From: an uncultured Candidatus Rokubacteria bacterium
Lineage (GTDB): Bacteria; Methylomirabilota; Methylomirabilia; Rokubacteriales; CSP1-6
DNA: 64,000 nucleotides
Direction of reading: 5' to 3'
Assembly: GCA_963747235.1 (NCBI GenBank)
Contig: CAVVEU010000013.1
Coordinates: forward strand, 192,001-256,000
Both the position numbers and the translations under genes were made by a program. Numbering within the stretch: position 1 is the first letter of the stretch; every line of letters begins with the position of its first letter. The notes beneath the pieces were generated by a model. That model was not told the DNA's origin, did not search any database, and saw only the letters and a program-made list of their open reading frames with translations. Of the stretch, positions 62,473 through 64,000 are shown piece after piece.

Positions 62473-62487
62473 GCACGCCACGTGCCA
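62473..62487 (-). promoter_or_regulatory. sigma54-like promoter for the lmo0937/SOD unit
   Basis: Minus strand TGGCAC-GTGGC-GTGC (GG-N10-GC; -12 element imperfect). Confidence 0.55.
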
Positions 62488-62626
62488 CCGGGGTCGGCGT
62501 GGCCGAAGTGCGCGATTCCGCGATGGAGAAGTCGCGCTGATGCGGCGCGCGTGGGGACGCGGCGACGCGGGGGCGGGTCAAGATTACCGAGTAGAACGGT
62601 TCCGATCGCGGGCGATCGCGCGCACG

Positions 62627-62641
62627 TGGCATGTCACTTGC
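62627..62641 (+). promoter_or_regulatory. sigma54 (-24/-12) promoter
   Basis: TGGCAT-GTCAC-TTGC, 15 nt before ATG 62657. Confidence 0.62.
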
Positions 62642-62656
62642 GACATTTCAGGCGTC

Positions 62657-62876
62657 ATGAGAACTCCACGCCCGTTGCAGATGGAGAATCTGATCCCGAT
62701 GGCGGCGCGAGCGACGATAGGATTCGACCCGCGCGATGACGACGGCGCTGGGCGCCCTGGTCCTCGTGACGAGCCTGGTGCCGGTGTTCGCGGTGTGCAT
62801 GGCCGCGCTCGGCGCGCGGCAGCCCGACCGCGGGCGACTCAGGCGCTCGTCGGCGTCCGCCCGAGAATCCGCCTGA
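62657..62876 (+). CDS. Putative small single-TM protein (probable frameshift near 62730)
   Basis: MRTPRPLQMENLIPMAARATIGFDP then, in another frame, MTTALGALVLVTSLVPVFAVCMAALGARQPDRGRLRRSSASARESA*; downstream of a sigma54 box. Confidence 0.4.
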
Positions 62877-64000
62877 TCCCGGCCAGCGGGATCGCGACCC
62901 AGTCGGGGCGGTTGTCGAGCTCGTAGCGGAGCTCGTAGGCCGCCTTCTGCAGCTCGAACGGGGCGCACCGCCGAGAGCAGCGCGCCGGCGGTCGCCGGGA
63001 CGAGCGGCGTCGGGCTCCGGGTCACCTCGCGCGAGATACCCGGCCAGGAAGGCGTCGCGGGCCTGCGCCTCCCAGGCGGTGAGGGCCACGAGGGCCGCCG
63101 CCCGCTCGGGTTCCGGCCGGCGGAAGGCGACCGCGTGCGCCGCGTAGTCCAGGGAGCGCAGCATGCCCGCCACGTCGCGCAGGGCCGGCTGCTTCCGGCG
63201 GCGCTCGGCCAGCGGCCGGGCCGGCTCGCCCTCGAAGTCGATGATCACGAAGCCGTCGGCGGTCTTGAGCACCTGGCCGAGATGGTAGTCGCCGTGGACG
63301 CGGATCTTCGCGGTCGCCCCCGCGAGCCGGTCGAGCATCGCGAGCGCCCGGGCCACCGCGTCCGTCATGTGCGCGGCGTCGCCCGTGAGCTGCGCGCCGA
63401 GCACGGGGGCCGCCAGCTCGCGCGCGATCTCGCCGGCCCACCCCGCGACGTCGTCGCGGCCGACGGGCTCGGGGCGGAAGTCGGCGTCGCGGTCGTCGGA
63501 GGCCAGCGCGGCGTGCAGGCCCCCGGTGATCGCGCCCAGGCGGCGCACGTCTTCCACGAGCGGATCCGGCACGAGCGGATCGGGCCGGCGCGCGATGTCC
63601 GCGCCGCGTCCCGCGAGCGTCGAGACCACGTGGGTCCATCCGTCCCCGGTATTCGGCACGAACTCCTGGAGCACCGCGAGCGTCGCGGGCTCGCCCGCCC
63701 CGGCGTACTCCACCCAGCCCGCGAGCCGCGGCACGTGGCGGAAGGCGGTGCGGGTGGTGAGGAAGCGCGTGATCTCGAGATCGGGGTTCAGGCCGGGCTG
63801 GGGCCGGCGCAGCGACTTCAGCACGAGATCGCCGACCACGACGGAGGTATTGCTCTGCTCGCCGGTGAGGCGCCGCGCGGCCAGCGCGTCCGGATCGGCC
63901 GGAAACGCCCAGCCCGTGGTGGGCCGGAAGGCGAAGCGGCCGTGGCGGCCGTCGGCCGAGCGGCCGGCGGCGATGGCGGCGAGCACGCGGCGGCCGAAGC
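62839..64000 (-). CDS. Maltokinase (Mak/Pep2)-like kinase, 5' end outside the window, frameshifted near the 3' end
   Basis: GEQSNTSV, NPDLEITRFL, IRVHGDYHLGQVL, IIDFEGEP, RDVAGMLRSLDYA, KAAYELRYELDNRPDW. Confidence 0.9.

Noticed and set aside
1-64000. CRISPR arrays, tRNA/rRNA genes, IS elements, prophage
   Set aside because: By eye I saw no regularly spaced direct repeats, RNA-gene signatures, transposase/integrase or phage ORFs, and the intergenic gaps are short. Small ncRNAs cannot be excluded without covariance searches.

Overview
Very GC-rich bacterial chromosomal window of about 60 genes, mostly metabolic and transport. I found no rRNA, tRNA, CRISPR array, integrase or transposase. About a third of the genes are split by single-base indels, most likely long-read assembly errors, so several long 'fusion' ORFs in the supplied track are artefacts. 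The host looks like a diderm soil bacterium: non-lipoprotein solute-binding proteins, a periplasmic diheme cytochrome c and sigma54 promoters. Gene content is reminiscent of Rokubacteria/Methylomirabilota, which is inference only. Main observations: (1) an intact, translationally coupled operon at 56120-61289 encoding an acyl-adenylating enzyme, an ACP, an MBOAT and an LtaS/OpgB-type transferase, i.e. a dlt-like envelope-modification system with no DltD and a non-amino-acid adenylation pocket; (2) a hopanoid C-2 methylase HpnP; (3) a proteasome activator Bpa/PafE ending in GQYL in an apparently non-actinobacterial genome; (4) five sigma54 -24/-12 promoters, each in front of a small uncharacterised protein gene, including a 57-aa Zn-finger-like protein; (5) a hydantoinase B with a C-terminal double-psi-barrel-like extension; (6) a crotonase lacking both catalytic Glu, coupled to a core-MetE protein; (7) widespread leaderless promoters.
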